Below are positions 17,798-29,567 of a DNA stretch of 64,000 bases, piece by piece. The stretch is from Vulcanimicrobiota bacterium (GTDB lineage: Bacteria; Vulcanimicrobiota; Vulcanimicrobiia; Vulcanimicrobiales; Vulcanimicrobiaceae), in NCBI GenBank assembly GCA_963733295.1, contig CAVTCS010000003.1, positions 576,001 through 640,000 of the forward strand, in the 5' to 3' direction. The notes beneath the pieces were generated by a model. It made no database searches. It was not told where the DNA came from and was given only the letters and a program-made list of their open reading frames with translations. The position numbers and the translations under genes were made by a program. How positions within the stretch are numbered: position 1 is the first letter of the stretch; every line of letters starts with the position of its first letter.

Positions 17798-19081
17798 CTA
17801 AGTCTGCGCCTTCCGCTCGATGGAGTCAAAGCCGGTATATTCGACGAGGGCCGGCGGAATGCGCACGCTGCCGTCGGCTTGCTGGTAGTTCTCGAGAATT
17901 GCGACGAGCGTGCGGCCCACGGCGAGGCCCGAGCCGTTGAGGGTGTGCACGAACTCGGGCTTCGCTTTGGGCTCGCGCCGAAAGCGGATCGCCGCGCGCC
18001 GCGCCTGGAAGTCGGTGCAGTTCGAGCACGAACTGATCTCGCGGTAGGTGTCCTGCCCCGGCAGCCACACCTCGAGATCGTAGGTCTTCGCCGCGTTGAA
18101 GCCGACGTCGGCACTGCACAGCGCGACGACGCGGTAAGGGATGCCCAGCTCCGCGAGCAGGTCGCCCGCATCGCGCGTCAACTGCTCGAGTGCGTCGAAG
18201 GAACGCTCGGGCTCGCTCAACCAGACGAGCTCGACTTTGTCGAATTGATGGAGCCGGATCAAGCCGCGGGTATCCTTTCCCGCCGCCCCCGCTTCTTTGC
18301 GGAAGCACGGCGTGTACGCGGTAAAGCGCAGCGGCAGCGAGTCGCCGGAGAGAATTTCGTCCTTGTGCAGCGCGGTCAAGGGAACTTCCGAAGTGGGGAT
18401 CATGAACAGGTCGGCGTCGCGATCCAGAAACATCGCGTCGGCGAACTTCGTGAGTTGCCCGGTCGACCACATCGTCTCGCGGTTGACCAGTACCGGCGGC
18501 GAGACTTCCTCGTACGAACGGCGCGCCGCGCGATCGAGAAAGAAGTTTGCGAGCGCACGCGAGAGCAGCGCACCCTTCCCGCGCAGCACCGCGAAGCGGC
18601 TGCCCGAAAGTTTGGCGGCGCGTTCGAAGTCCAGGATGCCGAGCGCCTCACCGATTTCCCAGTGGGGTTGCGGCGCGAAGGTGAAGCGTTTCGGTTCGCC
18701 GTGGCTGCGCACGACGACGTTGTCGGCTTCGCCCGTTCCGTCGGGCACGGAATCGTCGAGGAGATTCGGGACTTCCGATAAGATCGCATCGATTTCGGCT
18801 TCAAGCGCGGGAATCGTTTCGCCGGCGAGCGCGATGCGCGCGTCGAGATCGCCGATCTCCGGGCGAAGACGCTGAGCCTCGGCGGCGCGGTCCGGGGCTT
18901 TCGAGATTCGCGCGGTCAAGGCGTTCTTCTCGGCCCTGAGCGTCTCGGCGCCGGTGCGGGCAGCGCGCAGCTCGAGGTCGAGCGCGAGAACCTCGTCGAC
19001 GAAGTCCGCACCGGCGGGACGGCGCGCCGCGACGCGGCGAACGCGCTCGGGATCGCGCCGCAGAAGCGCAAGGTCTAGCAT
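17798..19081 (-). CDS. serS: Serine--tRNA ligase
   Basis: MLD start, coiled-coil arm, IPTSEVP, CFRKEAG, LIRLHQFDKVE, EISSCSNC.DFQARR, HTLNGSGLAVGR. Confidence 0.98.
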   Translation of the reverse strand: MLDLALLRRDPERVRRVAARRPAGADFVDEVLALDLELRAARTGAETLRAEKNALTARISKAPDRAAEAQRLRPEIGDLDARIALAGETIPALEAEIDAILSEVPNLLDDSVPDGTGEADNVVVRSHGEPKRFTFAPQPHWEIGEALGILDFERAAKLSGSRFAVLRGKGALLSRALANFFLDRAARRSYEEVSPPVLVNRETMWSTGQLTKFADAMFLDRDADLFMIPTSEVPLTALHKDEILSGDSLPLRFTAYTPCFRKEAGAAGKDTRGLIRLHQFDKVELVWLSEPERSFDALEQLTRDAGDLLAELGIPYRVVALCSADVGFNAAKTYDLEVWLPGQDTYREISSCSNCTDFQARRAAIRFRREPKAKPEFVHTLNGSGLAVGRTLVAILENYQQADGSVRIPPALVEYTGFDSIERKAQT

Positions 19082-19155
19082 CGGTCCATTTCCCGCTGTC
19101 GTTTGCGGAATGCGCAGGGGCACCCGGACGGCACAAAGCGAAGTCGACCCGCCTT

Positions 19156-20424
19156 ATGCGAGATTCAACGGCGGTCCTACCCACCGAGCCCTTCGTGGCC
19201 GAGCGGTTGCTCGCGCCGGAACAGGCGCTCGCGCTGTACTTTTCGCGCGTGACGCCGGCCTTGCCCCGTGTCGAACGCGTCGCTCTGGAGAAAGCGGGCG
19301 GCTACGTTCTTGCGGAGGACGCCGTTGCCGGCGGCGATACGCCGACGCACGCGCGCTCGACCATGGACGGGTTCGCGCTCGCCGCGAGCGGTGAGGCAAC
19401 GCGCCGGATCGTCGGCGAAATCGCGATGGGCGCCGCGCCGCCGCGGGCGATCGGTGCCGGAGAAACGCTGCGCATTCCGACCGGAGGAGCGTTGCCCGAG
19501 GGAGCCGATACCGTCGTCCCCCTCGAGGACGTCGACGAGCGCGACGGATACATCTTCTTGCGCGGACCGCTCGAGAACCGCGCGTGCATCACCGAGCGTG
19601 GCGAAGACATTCGAGCGGGCACGCTGGTCCTTTCGCGTGGACGGCGCATCGGTGGTCCGGAACTCGGCGTGTTGGCAACGCTGGGCGTGACCTCGGTGCC
19701 GGTGTACGCGCGTCCGCGCTTTGCCATTTTATCGACCGGCGACGAATTGATCGATCCGGGACAGACCCCGGCGGTCGGGCAAGTGCGCGACTCGAATCGC
19801 TACGCCATCGCGGGCGCGCTGTCGGCGCTCGGAGCGGAGCCGGTGCACGTGCCGCGGGCGCCGGACCGGCTCGACGCGTTGTGCGCGACGATCGGCGCGG
19901 CACTCGCCGAGTGCGACGCCGTCGTCATGACGGGCGGCTCGTCGGTCGGATTGCGGGATCTAACGCCGCAAGCGTTGGCGAGATTGGGAGAGCCCGGCGT
20001 CATCGTCCACGGACTTCGCGTCAAACCGGGAAAGCCGACGGTTCTCGGGGCGATCGACGGCAAGCCGGTGATCGGATTGCCCGGTAATCCCGCTTCGGCG
20101 CTCACGATTTTGGAGGCGGTCGCCCGGCCGATCGTAGTTGCCGCGACCGGCGAACGGCGCGGAGCGCCGTGCGTGATCGAAGCCACCGCCGCGGCTCCGT
20201 TTAGCGGCCGCGAAGGCTGGACGTGGTACGTTCCCGTCCGTCTGCGCAACGACGCGGGCCGGCTGCTCGCGGAACCGCTCCTCATTCGTTCGGCTCACAC
20301 GGCGCTGCTCGCGCGTGCGAGCGGCTTTGCGACGGTCGGCGAATCGCCTGCGCGGATCGAAGCCGGCGGCCAAATACGGGTAACTCTCTTTTCGTCCGGC
20401 GGTGCGCCGGTCGAAGGAGTTTGA
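19156..20424 (+). CDS. moeA: Molybdopterin molybdenumtransferase MoeA
   Basis: STMDGFA, IPTGGALP.GAD.VVP.ED, STGDEL, RDSN, TGGSSVG.RD, KPGKP, LPGNP. Confidence 0.96.
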   Translation: MRDSTAVLPTEPFVAERLLAPEQALALYFSRVTPALPRVERVALEKAGGYVLAEDAVAGGDTPTHARSTMDGFALAASGEATRRIVGEIAMGAAPPRAIGAGETLRIPTGGALPEGADTVVPLEDVDERDGYIFLRGPLENRACITERGEDIRAGTLVLSRGRRIGGPELGVLATLGVTSVPVYARPRFAILSTGDELIDPGQTPAVGQVRDSNRYAIAGALSALGAEPVHVPRAPDRLDALCATIGAALAECDAVVMTGGSSVGLRDLTPQALARLGEPGVIVHGLRVKPGKPTVLGAIDGKPVIGLPGNPASALTILEAVARPIVVAATGERRGAPCVIEATAAAPFSGREGWTWYVPVRLRNDAGRLLAEPLLIRSAHTALLARASGFATVGESPARIEAGGQIRVTLFSSGGAPVEGV

Positions 20425-20978
20425 TGAAGCACTGCACCTTTTTCCTCGCGATGCTGTTCCCGCTACTTGCCGCTTGTTCGCAAGACGTCGGCCAAGCCGA
20501 GAAAGCGATCTCGACTTCCGCACCCGCGGTTATCGGTGACGCGGGAATCGTCGCTCAAACCGAGGCTGCTCTCGTCGGAATCGATCCCGATTCAGCCCTT
20601 CACGTTGCGGTCGACGTTCACGACGGCAACGTCACCCTGAGCGGCCGCGCGAAATCCGCGACGATCGCACAGCGTTTCGTGGACGCGGCGAAAGGCGTCA
20701 AGGGTGTCAAGAGCGTCGCTTCGCGCATCAGCGTCGACCCGAAACTGCCCTCGGCAAGCGCTCAGGCGAAAGACTTCGCGCTCTCAGCCGAAGTGAGCGC
20801 CGCACTGCTCGGCCAGGCCGGCCTCAACGCGTTTACGGTGAAGCCCAGCGCTCACGCGGGCGTCGTGACGCTCAGCGGAACCGCGAAGAGCGACGCGATC
20901 AAGACGACGATTCTCGAAACGGCGAAGCACACTGCGGGCGTCAAGAGCGTCGTGGACCGAATTTCGGTCAAGACGTGA
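20424..20978 (+). CDS. Dual-BON-domain lipoprotein (OsmY-like)
   Basis: Lipobox LAA-C; two BON repeats (G.VTLSG...A..V.GVKSV...I.V). Confidence 0.88.
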   Translation: MKHCTFFLAMLFPLLAACSQDVGQAEKAISTSAPAVIGDAGIVAQTEAALVGIDPDSALHVAVDVHDGNVTLSGRAKSATIAQRFVDAAKGVKGVKSVASRISVDPKLPSASAQAKDFALSAEVSAALLGQAGLNAFTVKPSAHAGVVTLSGTAKSDAIKTTILETAKHTAGVKSVVDRISVKT

Positions 20979-22093
20979 ACGAAGACCCGGCGCCGGCGGC
21001 AGCGATCGGCGCGCTTCCCGTCGCGCGACCCTTTATCGCACCGGAGGAATTGGCAGCGCGAGCCGGACACTCGGCGCTGCTGCGTCTCGGCGCCAACGAG
21101 AGCGCCTTCGGTCCGCCGCCTGCGGCCGTCGCGGCGATGCACGACGATCTCGCGCGCGTCCCGTGGTACGGCGATCCCGAGTCGATGAACCTTCGCACGG
21201 CGATCGCGCAGCGGCACCAGTGCGCGGTCGAAAACGTCGTGGTCGGAGCGGGAATCGACGACCTGCTCGGACTCGCGGTGCGGGGTTATCTGGCGCCGGG
21301 CGAAACGAGCGTCTGCGCGCTCGGAACCTATCCCACCTACGCCTATCACGTGATGGGCTACGGCGGGCGGCTCGAAACGGTATCCTACGCGGCCGACGGA
21401 ACGGTGCCGCTCGACGAACTCGCACGGGCGGCTCGCGAGCGCGACGCTCGCATCGTCTATCTCGCGAATCCCGATAACCCGAGCGGTTCGTTCGCCGGAC
21501 GCGAGGCGGTCGAGGCGTTTCTGGCGCAGCTCCCGGCGCGCGCGCTGCTCGTCCTCGACGAAGCGTACGCCGACTTCGTCGACCCGCGCGAACTCCTGCC
21601 CGAACGCATCGATCCGCGGGTCGTTCGCACGCGAACGTTTTCGAAGGCGTGCGGACTCGCAGGCCTTCGCATCGGGTACGCGCTCGCCGGCGCCCAAGCG
21701 ATCGAAACGTTCGGCAAAATCCGCTTGCAGTACGGCGTCGGCCGTCTCGCGCAGACTGCCGCTCTCGCGGCGCTCGGCGAGACGAGCTTCGTCTCGGTCG
21801 TCGTGGGCGAGGTCGCGCGCGGGCGCGAAGAATATTACGAGTTGGGACGCCGGCTGGGTTTGGAAACCTTACGCTCCTGGGCGAACTTCGTCAACTTCGA
21901 TTTGGGATCGCGCGAGCGCGCCGAAGCGCTTGTCGCGGCGCTCTTGGCGCGCGCCGTCTTCGTGCGCAAGCCGGGCGCGCCGCCGCTGGACCGCTTCGTC
22001 CGGGTCACCGTCGGCACGGCGGGGGAGCGCGCCCGGTTCGCCGCGGCGCTCGCGGGCGCGCTCGACGACGTCGGCGCTCGAGCGGCGGTCTAG
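20975..22093 (+). CDS. PLP-dependent aminotransferase, HisC-like
   Basis: LGANE, YLANPDNPSG, LDEAY, RTFSK..GLAGLRIGY, ANFV, VRVTVG. Confidence 0.9.
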   Translation: MNEDPAPAAAIGALPVARPFIAPEELAARAGHSALLRLGANESAFGPPPAAVAAMHDDLARVPWYGDPESMNLRTAIAQRHQCAVENVVVGAGIDDLLGLAVRGYLAPGETSVCALGTYPTYAYHVMGYGGRLETVSYAADGTVPLDELARAARERDARIVYLANPDNPSGSFAGREAVEAFLAQLPARALLVLDEAYADFVDPRELLPERIDPRVVRTRTFSKACGLAGLRIGYALAGAQAIETFGKIRLQYGVGRLAQTAALAALGETSFVSVVVGEVARGREEYYELGRRLGLETLRSWANFVNFDLGSRERAEALVAALLARAVFVRKPGAPPLDRFVRVTVGTAGERARFAAALAGALDDVGARAAV

Positions 22094-22105
22094 GACCGCC
22101 CGAAC

Positions 22106-22831
22106 GTGCGCTACGCGATCGTCTCCGACATCCATTCGAATCTCGAAGCGCTCGAGGCGGTCCTCGGACGCTGCGCTCCGGACGACGAGGTGTTGTGTCT
22201 GGGCGACATCGTCGGGTACGGTCCCAATCCCAACGAGTGCCTCGACTTGATTCGCGCGCGCGCCTCGACGTGCATCTTGGGGAATCACGACGTCGCCGCA
22301 ATCGACGATCACGGGTTGGCGTACTTCAATCCGATGGCGCGCGAAGCGCTGAAGTGGACGCAGAGCGTTTTGCGCGCGGACCATCTGAAATGGCTCGACG
22401 GTCTGGCCTACGAGGTTCGAATGCCCGGCTATTTGCTCGTCCACGGAGCGCCGGTCGACTATTTCGAATACATCTTGGATACCGAGACGGCGGCAAAGGC
22501 GTTCGCCGCGACCGATGCGCCGCTCGTGTTCATCGGTCACTCGCACGTCGCGGAGTCGTACGCGCTGGGGAGCGACGGTCAAATCGTGCAGCGACGCCGT
22601 CCGCGGGGCGGCACGCTCGAACTCGAACCCGGTACGCGCTACCTGATCAACGTCGGTAGCGTCGGTCAGCCGCGCGACCGTAATCCCGAGGCGTCGTTTG
22701 CGACGTACGATCCCTCCGCCCGCACCGTCGTCTGGGAGCGCGTCGAATATGCGATCGCGCGGGTGCAGGCGAAGATCGGGGAGGCACAACTGCCGCCGGC
22801 TTTGGCAGAGCGGTTGAGTGCCGGACGCTGA
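22106..22831 (+). CDS. Metallophosphoesterase family protein
   Basis: SDIHSN, LGDIVGYG, GNHD, HG, GHSH, NVGSVGQPRD. Confidence 0.93.
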   Translation: MRYAIVSDIHSNLEALEAVLGRCAPDDEVLCLGDIVGYGPNPNECLDLIRARASTCILGNHDVAAIDDHGLAYFNPMAREALKWTQSVLRADHLKWLDGLAYEVRMPGYLLVHGAPVDYFEYILDTETAAKAFAATDAPLVFIGHSHVAESYALGSDGQIVQRRRPRGGTLELEPGTRYLINVGSVGQPRDRNPEASFATYDPSARTVVWERVEYAIARVQAKIGEAQLPPALAERLSAGR

Positions 22832-22877
22832 TCGAAAGCGCGGAAGATAAACAGCACCGGCCGCGTATAGGGAAAGC

Positions 22878-23867
22878 GTGATGACCACGACCGTCGGGCG
22901 CGCGCTCGGCTCGGCTCTCTTGGCGGGATCGATCCTGCTGGCGTTGCCGGCAATCGGCGCTACGCCTCCGACGGCGACGCCGCACGCTGCCGCATCGCCG
23001 CAAGCTTCGGCCGAGCGCAACGATTACTCGAATGCCAAGTTCGTCGAAGTATTCCGTTCCGGGCTGAGCCACTTCTATCAGCGCCAGTTCAAGGATGCCG
23101 AGACCGACTTTCAGGCCGCGCTCCTCATCATTCCCGACAACACGATGGCGATCTCGTTCTTGAACGCTTCGGCACTTCAGCAGAGCGACCTCGACGTTCT
23201 GACCAACATCGAAGAAGACGCGGCTTCGGGTTCCGCCAAGAACTACGTCAATCACGTCAGGCTCGGCTTCTCGTACATGTTTCAGTCGCTCAGCGGGCGC
23301 GACCGGACGCAGGATGCGCGCGACGAACTGAATCAAGCGGTGTCGCTCGATCCGGATCGAGCCGGCGCTCACGTCGGGCTCGGGATCTTGCGCTTCAACG
23401 AACGCTCGGCGAACCGCGCCAAGACGGAGTTCTTGCTCGCGCTGAAGACCGACCCGAACAACGTGCTCGCGCGCGAGTACCTCGGGCAGCTCTATCAGAC
23501 CGACCTGCGAGATCCGCAGCGCGGGCTCAACTACGTCATCGACGTACCGAACTTGGTGCCGACCTACGCCGACATTCAGTTCCACATCGGCTCGCTGCTC
23601 TACGACCTCAAGCAACCCGACGCTGCGATCAAGTACCTCACGAACGGTCTGAACCTCGACGTGGGACACGTCGGCGAAGCGGGACAGCACGGGTACACGC
23701 TGCTGGCGCGAATCTACATCGACGAGCGCAAACTCACGGAGGCGCAGCGCGTGCTCAACCAAGCGATCGCGGCGGACGTCGATACGATCTACGCCAAGAC
23801 GCTGCTGGCGAAGATCAAAGCCGGCGACTTCGACCCGTCGCCGACGCCGAATCCCGCAACGCGGTGA
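22878..23867 (+). CDS. Secreted tetratricopeptide-repeat protein
   Basis: Signal peptide; repeated A...DP....A...LG TPR pattern. Confidence 0.85.
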   Translation: MMTTTVGRALGSALLAGSILLALPAIGATPPTATPHAAASPQASAERNDYSNAKFVEVFRSGLSHFYQRQFKDAETDFQAALLIIPDNTMAISFLNASALQQSDLDVLTNIEEDAASGSAKNYVNHVRLGFSYMFQSLSGRDRTQDARDELNQAVSLDPDRAGAHVGLGILRFNERSANRAKTEFLLALKTDPNNVLAREYLGQLYQTDLRDPQRGLNYVIDVPNLVPTYADIQFHIGSLLYDLKQPDAAIKYLTNGLNLDVGHVGEAGQHGYTLLARIYIDERKLTEAQRVLNQAIAADVDTIYAKTLLAKIKAGDFDPSPTPNPATR

Positions 23868-24334
23868 GCGAAAACGCGAAGCTGGCAGCTCCGGTCGACG
23901 ACGGGTTCTGTTTCGGTTGCGGTCCACGTTCGAAAATCGGACTGCATATGACTTTCACTGAGCTCGAGGACCGTTCGGTCGAGAGCCGGGTCGTGCTCGA
24001 CGCGGCGTACCAAGGCTGGCGCGGCGTCGCGCACGGCGGCATCGTCGCGCTGATGCTCGACGAAGCGATGGCCTATGCGGCGGCCGCAGTCGGCTACCTC
24101 GGCGTAACCGGTGAAATGAAGATGCGCTTTCGCCATCCCGTGCCGATCGACGAACCGCTCGTCGTGCGCGGTAAGGTCCTGTGGCAGCGGCGCAACGTCT
24201 TTGGGATCGAAGCTTCAATTGCAAGCGCGGACGGGCGCAAGCCGTTTGCGAGCGGCGAAGGAAGCTTCGTTTCACGCGGCAAGCTCGCGCCCGGGCAGCG
24301 CCTCGGGCGACTGACCGGCGATGGCCGGCTCTAA
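23864..24334 (+). CDS. PaaI-family (hotdog) thioesterase
   Basis: CFGCG..S.IGL, YQGW.G.AHGG....LDE. Confidence 0.9.
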   Translation: MSENAKLAAPVDDGFCFGCGPRSKIGLHMTFTELEDRSVESRVVLDAAYQGWRGVAHGGIVALMLDEAMAYAAAAVGYLGVTGEMKMRFRHPVPIDEPLVVRGKVLWQRRNVFGIEASIASADGRKPFASGEGSFVSRGKLAPGQRLGRLTGDGRL

Positions 24335-24827
24335 AGCGCGTCCGGTTGCCGTCAAAGGCGACGCGCCCAAGCCGCCGATCCCGGCGCCCACGGTCGACAA
24401 CCGGCGAGCGCGTTTCGAATACGAGTTCCTCGAGCGCTTTGAGGTCGGCATCGTCCTGACCGGGACCGAGATCAAGAGCGTGCGGACCGGCCAGATCAGC
24501 CTCAACGAGGCCTTCGCGCGCGTGCGCGACGGCGAGCTCTGGCTGCTCGGCATGCACATCCCTCCTTACAAAGAAGGCAGCTTCTCGAACCACGATCCGA
24601 CCCGGGCCAGGAAGCTTCTCATGCACCGCAAGGAGATCGATCGGCTTGCCGGCCGTGCCGCGGAAAAGGGACTCACGCTCGTGCCGACCCGCCTGTACTT
24701 CAAGCGCGGACGCGTCAAGCTCGACCTCGCCCTCGCCCGCGGCAAGAAAATCTACGACAAGCGCCGCGAAGAGCGCGAACGCGACGCCAAGCGCGACCTA
24801 GCGCGCGAAATGGGGCGCCGCCCTTGA
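24321..24827 (+). CDS. smpB: SsrA-binding protein SmpB
   Basis: NRRARFEY, GIVLTGTEIKS.R, HDP.R.RKLL.HR.EI, GKK.YDKR. Confidence 0.97.
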   Translation: MAGSKARPVAVKGDAPKPPIPAPTVDNRRARFEYEFLERFEVGIVLTGTEIKSVRTGQISLNEAFARVRDGELWLLGMHIPPYKEGSFSNHDPTRARKLLMHRKEIDRLAGRAAEKGLTLVPTRLYFKRGRVKLDLALARGKKIYDKRREERERDAKRDLAREMGRRP

Positions 24828-25718
24828 GGGGTACGCATCCCGAGCGGGCGCTCGAACGGTGGCTGACGGAACGGGTCGGGGCGGCGCCGGGCGAGGTGCT
24901 CGTGGCGGCGACCTCGGGCGGACCGGATAGCGTCGCGCTGGCAGCCTTGCTCGCGCTCGCCGCGGAAGGGGCGGGAGCATCGCTCGTGCTCGCCCACGTC
25001 AACCACGGCACGCGTCCCGGCGCCTGGCAGGACGAGGCGGTCGTCCTGGCAGTCGGAGCCACGCTCGGAGCGCGGGTGCTGAGCGCTTCACTCGAACCGG
25101 GTCCGGCCGGCGAGGCGCGGCTTCGCGCGGGGCGATATGCCTGCTTGACGCGGATCGCCCGGTCCGCCGGCGGGAGGCGCGTGTTTCACCGCGCACAACG
25201 CCGAGGATCAAAGCGAAACCGTGCTGCTGGCGCTCTTCCGGGGAGCCGGGCGCACGGGTTTGGCCGGCATGCCGGGGCGCCGGACTCTCGAGCGCGGCAT
25301 CCAGCTCGAACGGCCGCTCCTCGACGTGTCCCGGGTCGTCTTGCGCGAGTACTGTGCCCGGCGTCACCTGCCGGTCGCACTCGATCCGAGCAACGCGGCG
25401 CCAGGCTACCGCCGCAACGCCGTCCGGGCCGCTCTCTCGGATTTGAGGGAAACCTTCCCGGGTCTCGACGAGGCCGTCGCTCGCTGCGCGGCGATTCTCC
25501 AGGCCGAGCAAGCCGGAAGCGAGCGAGCCTCGCTCCGGGCGACGCTCCGGGAGGCAATCGTCGCCTCGACTGGAGATGCTCGCGACGTGAGCTTCCTGCG
25601 CCTGGAAGCCGCCGTGCGGGGCATCGAGCGCAGGCGGACCGGCCGGCACCTCGTGCGTCCCGGGCTCGAAATCGAGATCCGGAAGACACCCCCGAACTCA
25701 CCGGAAGTATCGTCCTGA
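24824..25718 (+). CDS. tilS: tRNA(Ile)-lysidine synthetase, short form; +1 frameshift near 25185
   Basis: SGGPDS, HVNHG.R and R..RY in one frame; TAH..EDQ.ET.L..L.RG, RPLL and DPSN...Y.RN..R in the next frame; apparent extra T in GTGTTTCACC. Confidence 0.9.
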
Positions 25719-25720
25719 GC

Positions 25721-26296
25721 GTGCCCGTCACACCTGACGACGTCGAAGCGATCGTTTTCAGCGCCGATGAGATTTCAGCGACCGTGACGCGATTGGCGCG
25801 GGAGATCGCAAACGATTACGCCTCGCGACCCGTCCTACTGTTAGGAGTGTTGAAAGGTGCGCTGTTCTTGATCGCCGACCTGGCCAGGGCACTGCCGCCG
25901 GCCCTCGATGCAGGCATCGACTTCCTGGCAGTTTCGAGTTATGGGAACTCGCATGCCTCGAGCGGCGAAGTCCGCCTCCTCAAGGATACGAGCGAAAGTG
26001 TCGAGGGTAAACACGTAGTGATCGTCGAGGACATCGTCGACCACGGGCTCACCTTGCAGTACCTCCACGACTTACTGGGACGTCGCAACCCCGCCTCGCT
26101 CCGCTCCTGCGTCTTACTGGATAAACCGTACCGGCGCCTGACGGACGTTCGGATCGACTACCGAGGGCTCGTCGCCCCCGACACCTTCATCGTAGGGTAC
26201 GGGTTGGACTACCAAGAAAAGTTTAGATCCCTTCCTTATCTAGCGAAACTCCGGTCGCGGGTTTTCGAGGATCAAGGGACCGGACAGATAGGATAG
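25721..26296 (+). CDS. hpt: Hypoxanthine phosphoribosyltransferase
   Basis: GVLKGA..F.ADL, VSSYG, VIVEDIVDHGLTL, LLDK, FIVGYGLDY; start GTG 25721 or CTG 25715. Confidence 0.95.
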   Translation: MPVTPDDVEAIVFSADEISATVTRLAREIANDYASRPVLLLGVLKGALFLIADLARALPPALDAGIDFLAVSSYGNSHASSGEVRLLKDTSESVEGKHVVIVEDIVDHGLTLQYLHDLLGRRNPASLRSCVLLDKPYRRLTDVRIDYRGLVAPDTFIVGYGLDYQEKFRSLPYLAKLRSRVFEDQGTGQIG

Positions 26297-26307
26297 GCAT
26301 AGGCACG

Positions 26308-28233
<1,926 letters not shown>

Positions 28234-28235
28234 TC

Positions 28236-29567
28236 GTGCGTCTCGTGCCTGCCGTGGCCGCATGCGCGGCAATTTGCATTTTTTCGACGAGTAGCGTGCC
28301 CGCCGCGACGGGCGAACTCCCGAATCTCGGCACGAACGTGTCGATCGGAACGCTCCCGCAAGGCGGAACCTATATCGTCCGCCCCGCCAGCGGCGCGCCG
28401 GTCGCGGCGGTCGAGCTGTGGTATCGCGCGCCCTCGACGGGTTTTGGGCCGAAACCGGTGCCGTCGCTGGCGCGGCTCGCGGCGCAAGTCGTGGCGGCCT
28501 CGAAGCCGCTGATCGGTGATCCTCTCGGCAAGCAGGTCAGCGACGTCGGGGGACGGCTCGCGATCACCGTCTACACCGATTCGATTTCTATCGCCGCCGT
28601 CGTGCCCTCGCAGGAAGCGCGCAAGATCACGCGCTCGCTTACGACGGCGTTCTTCGCGCCGGTCGTCACCGACGACGGCTTTCGCTTCGCTCAACGCGAC
28701 GTCGCGCAAGAGGCTCTCTTGCAGAGTTTCAATCCCGAGACGATCGTGCGCGACGCCGTCTTCGGTTCGCTGTTCAGCAGCGGTCCGCAGCACTACCCGC
28801 CGATCGGCACTCCCAAAGACGTCGCCGCAATTTCGCTCGCGGACGTGCGCGCGTTCGCAACGCGCGCGTTTCGAGCGCAAAACGCGGTCCTCGTCATGAG
28901 CGGCGCAGTCGATCCGGCAATTCAAACTGCCGCGTCGGCCGGTCGCACCGAAACGGGCGAAGCCGCCGCCGCGGAGCCGCCCTCTGATCCGCAAGTCGCC
29001 GCATCGCCGGCGCCGGTCAGCAAGACGTTCGAAGAGCCGTCGGGCGGTTACGGGTGGGTCGGTCCTCCGATCACGAGCGAACGCGAAGCGACCGCGATGG
29101 ATTTCATCGCCGACTACTTGTTCCGGCCCGAAGCCGGCATCGTGACGCGATCGATCGAAGAAGCCTATCCCGATGCGCTGATCAACGGTCAGTTCATCAC
29201 CCTGCGCGACCCGGGCGTGATGTTCGTGGCTTTCTCCGGAAAGAACGTAAGCGAGATTCGCCGCAAGATCGACGAGGGTTTCAGCGTGGTGCGTAAGCCG
29301 CTCGACGCGCGGACCTTCGCGGCCGCCCTGGTTGCTTTTGAGTACCACCTGCTGAGCGATCTCCAAACGCCGTCGGAGATCGCCGACAACTTCGGTTGGT
29401 ACGCGATCGAAGGAAACGCAGCTTACGCTCCGGGTGCGGACGACGAAAGCGGCGCTTACTTCAAATCTGCGAGCCAGTTGACGCCGGAGTTCGTCGCGGC
29501 CACCGCCGAGAAGTACCTGGGCAAGTCGCCGGCGAGCGTGACGCTCGAAACGGAGGCGCCGAAGTGA
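28236..29567 (+). CDS. Secreted M16 (insulinase/pitrilysin)-family protein, HxxEH absent
   Basis: Signal peptide; P.AAVELWY..., HYPPIGT...V..IS..DVRAF, AVLVMSG, V.ATAEKYL; motif position reads LARLAAQ. Confidence 0.75.
   Translation: MRLVPAVAACAAICIFSTSSVPAATGELPNLGTNVSIGTLPQGGTYIVRPASGAPVAAVELWYRAPSTGFGPKPVPSLARLAAQVVAASKPLIGDPLGKQVSDVGGRLAITVYTDSISIAAVVPSQEARKITRSLTTAFFAPVVTDDGFRFAQRDVAQEALLQSFNPETIVRDAVFGSLFSSGPQHYPPIGTPKDVAAISLADVRAFATRAFRAQNAVLVMSGAVDPAIQTAASAGRTETGEAAAAEPPSDPQVAASPAPVSKTFEEPSGGYGWVGPPITSEREATAMDFIADYLFRPEAGIVTRSIEEAYPDALINGQFITLRDPGVMFVAFSGKNVSEIRRKIDEGFSVVRKPLDARTFAAALVAFEYHLLSDLQTPSEIADNFGWYAIEGNAAYAPGADDESGAYFKSASQLTPEFVAATAEKYLGKSPASVTLETEAPK

Noticed and set aside
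1..17800. Accessory block as a prophage, ICE or defence island
   Set aside because: No integrase, transposase, phage, conjugation, toxin-antitoxin or restriction genes, and no tRNA or att repeat recognised.
24321..24827. tmRNA (ssrA) or an integration site next to smpB
   Set aside because: smpB overlaps coding genes on both sides, leaving no room for, or sequence resembling, ssrA.
24824..26296. Apparent 490-aa TilS-HprT fusion in the ORF track
   Set aside because: The middle of that ORF is out-of-frame nonsense. The real TilS C-half is in the +1 frame and stops at 25718, so the fusion is a frameshift artefact, although such fusions exist in Listeria.
26288..26305. ATAGG x3 short direct repeat before ftsH as a heat-shock operator
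   Set aside because: Does not match CIRCE or CtsR consensus, overlaps the hpt stop and RBS region, and is too short to support.
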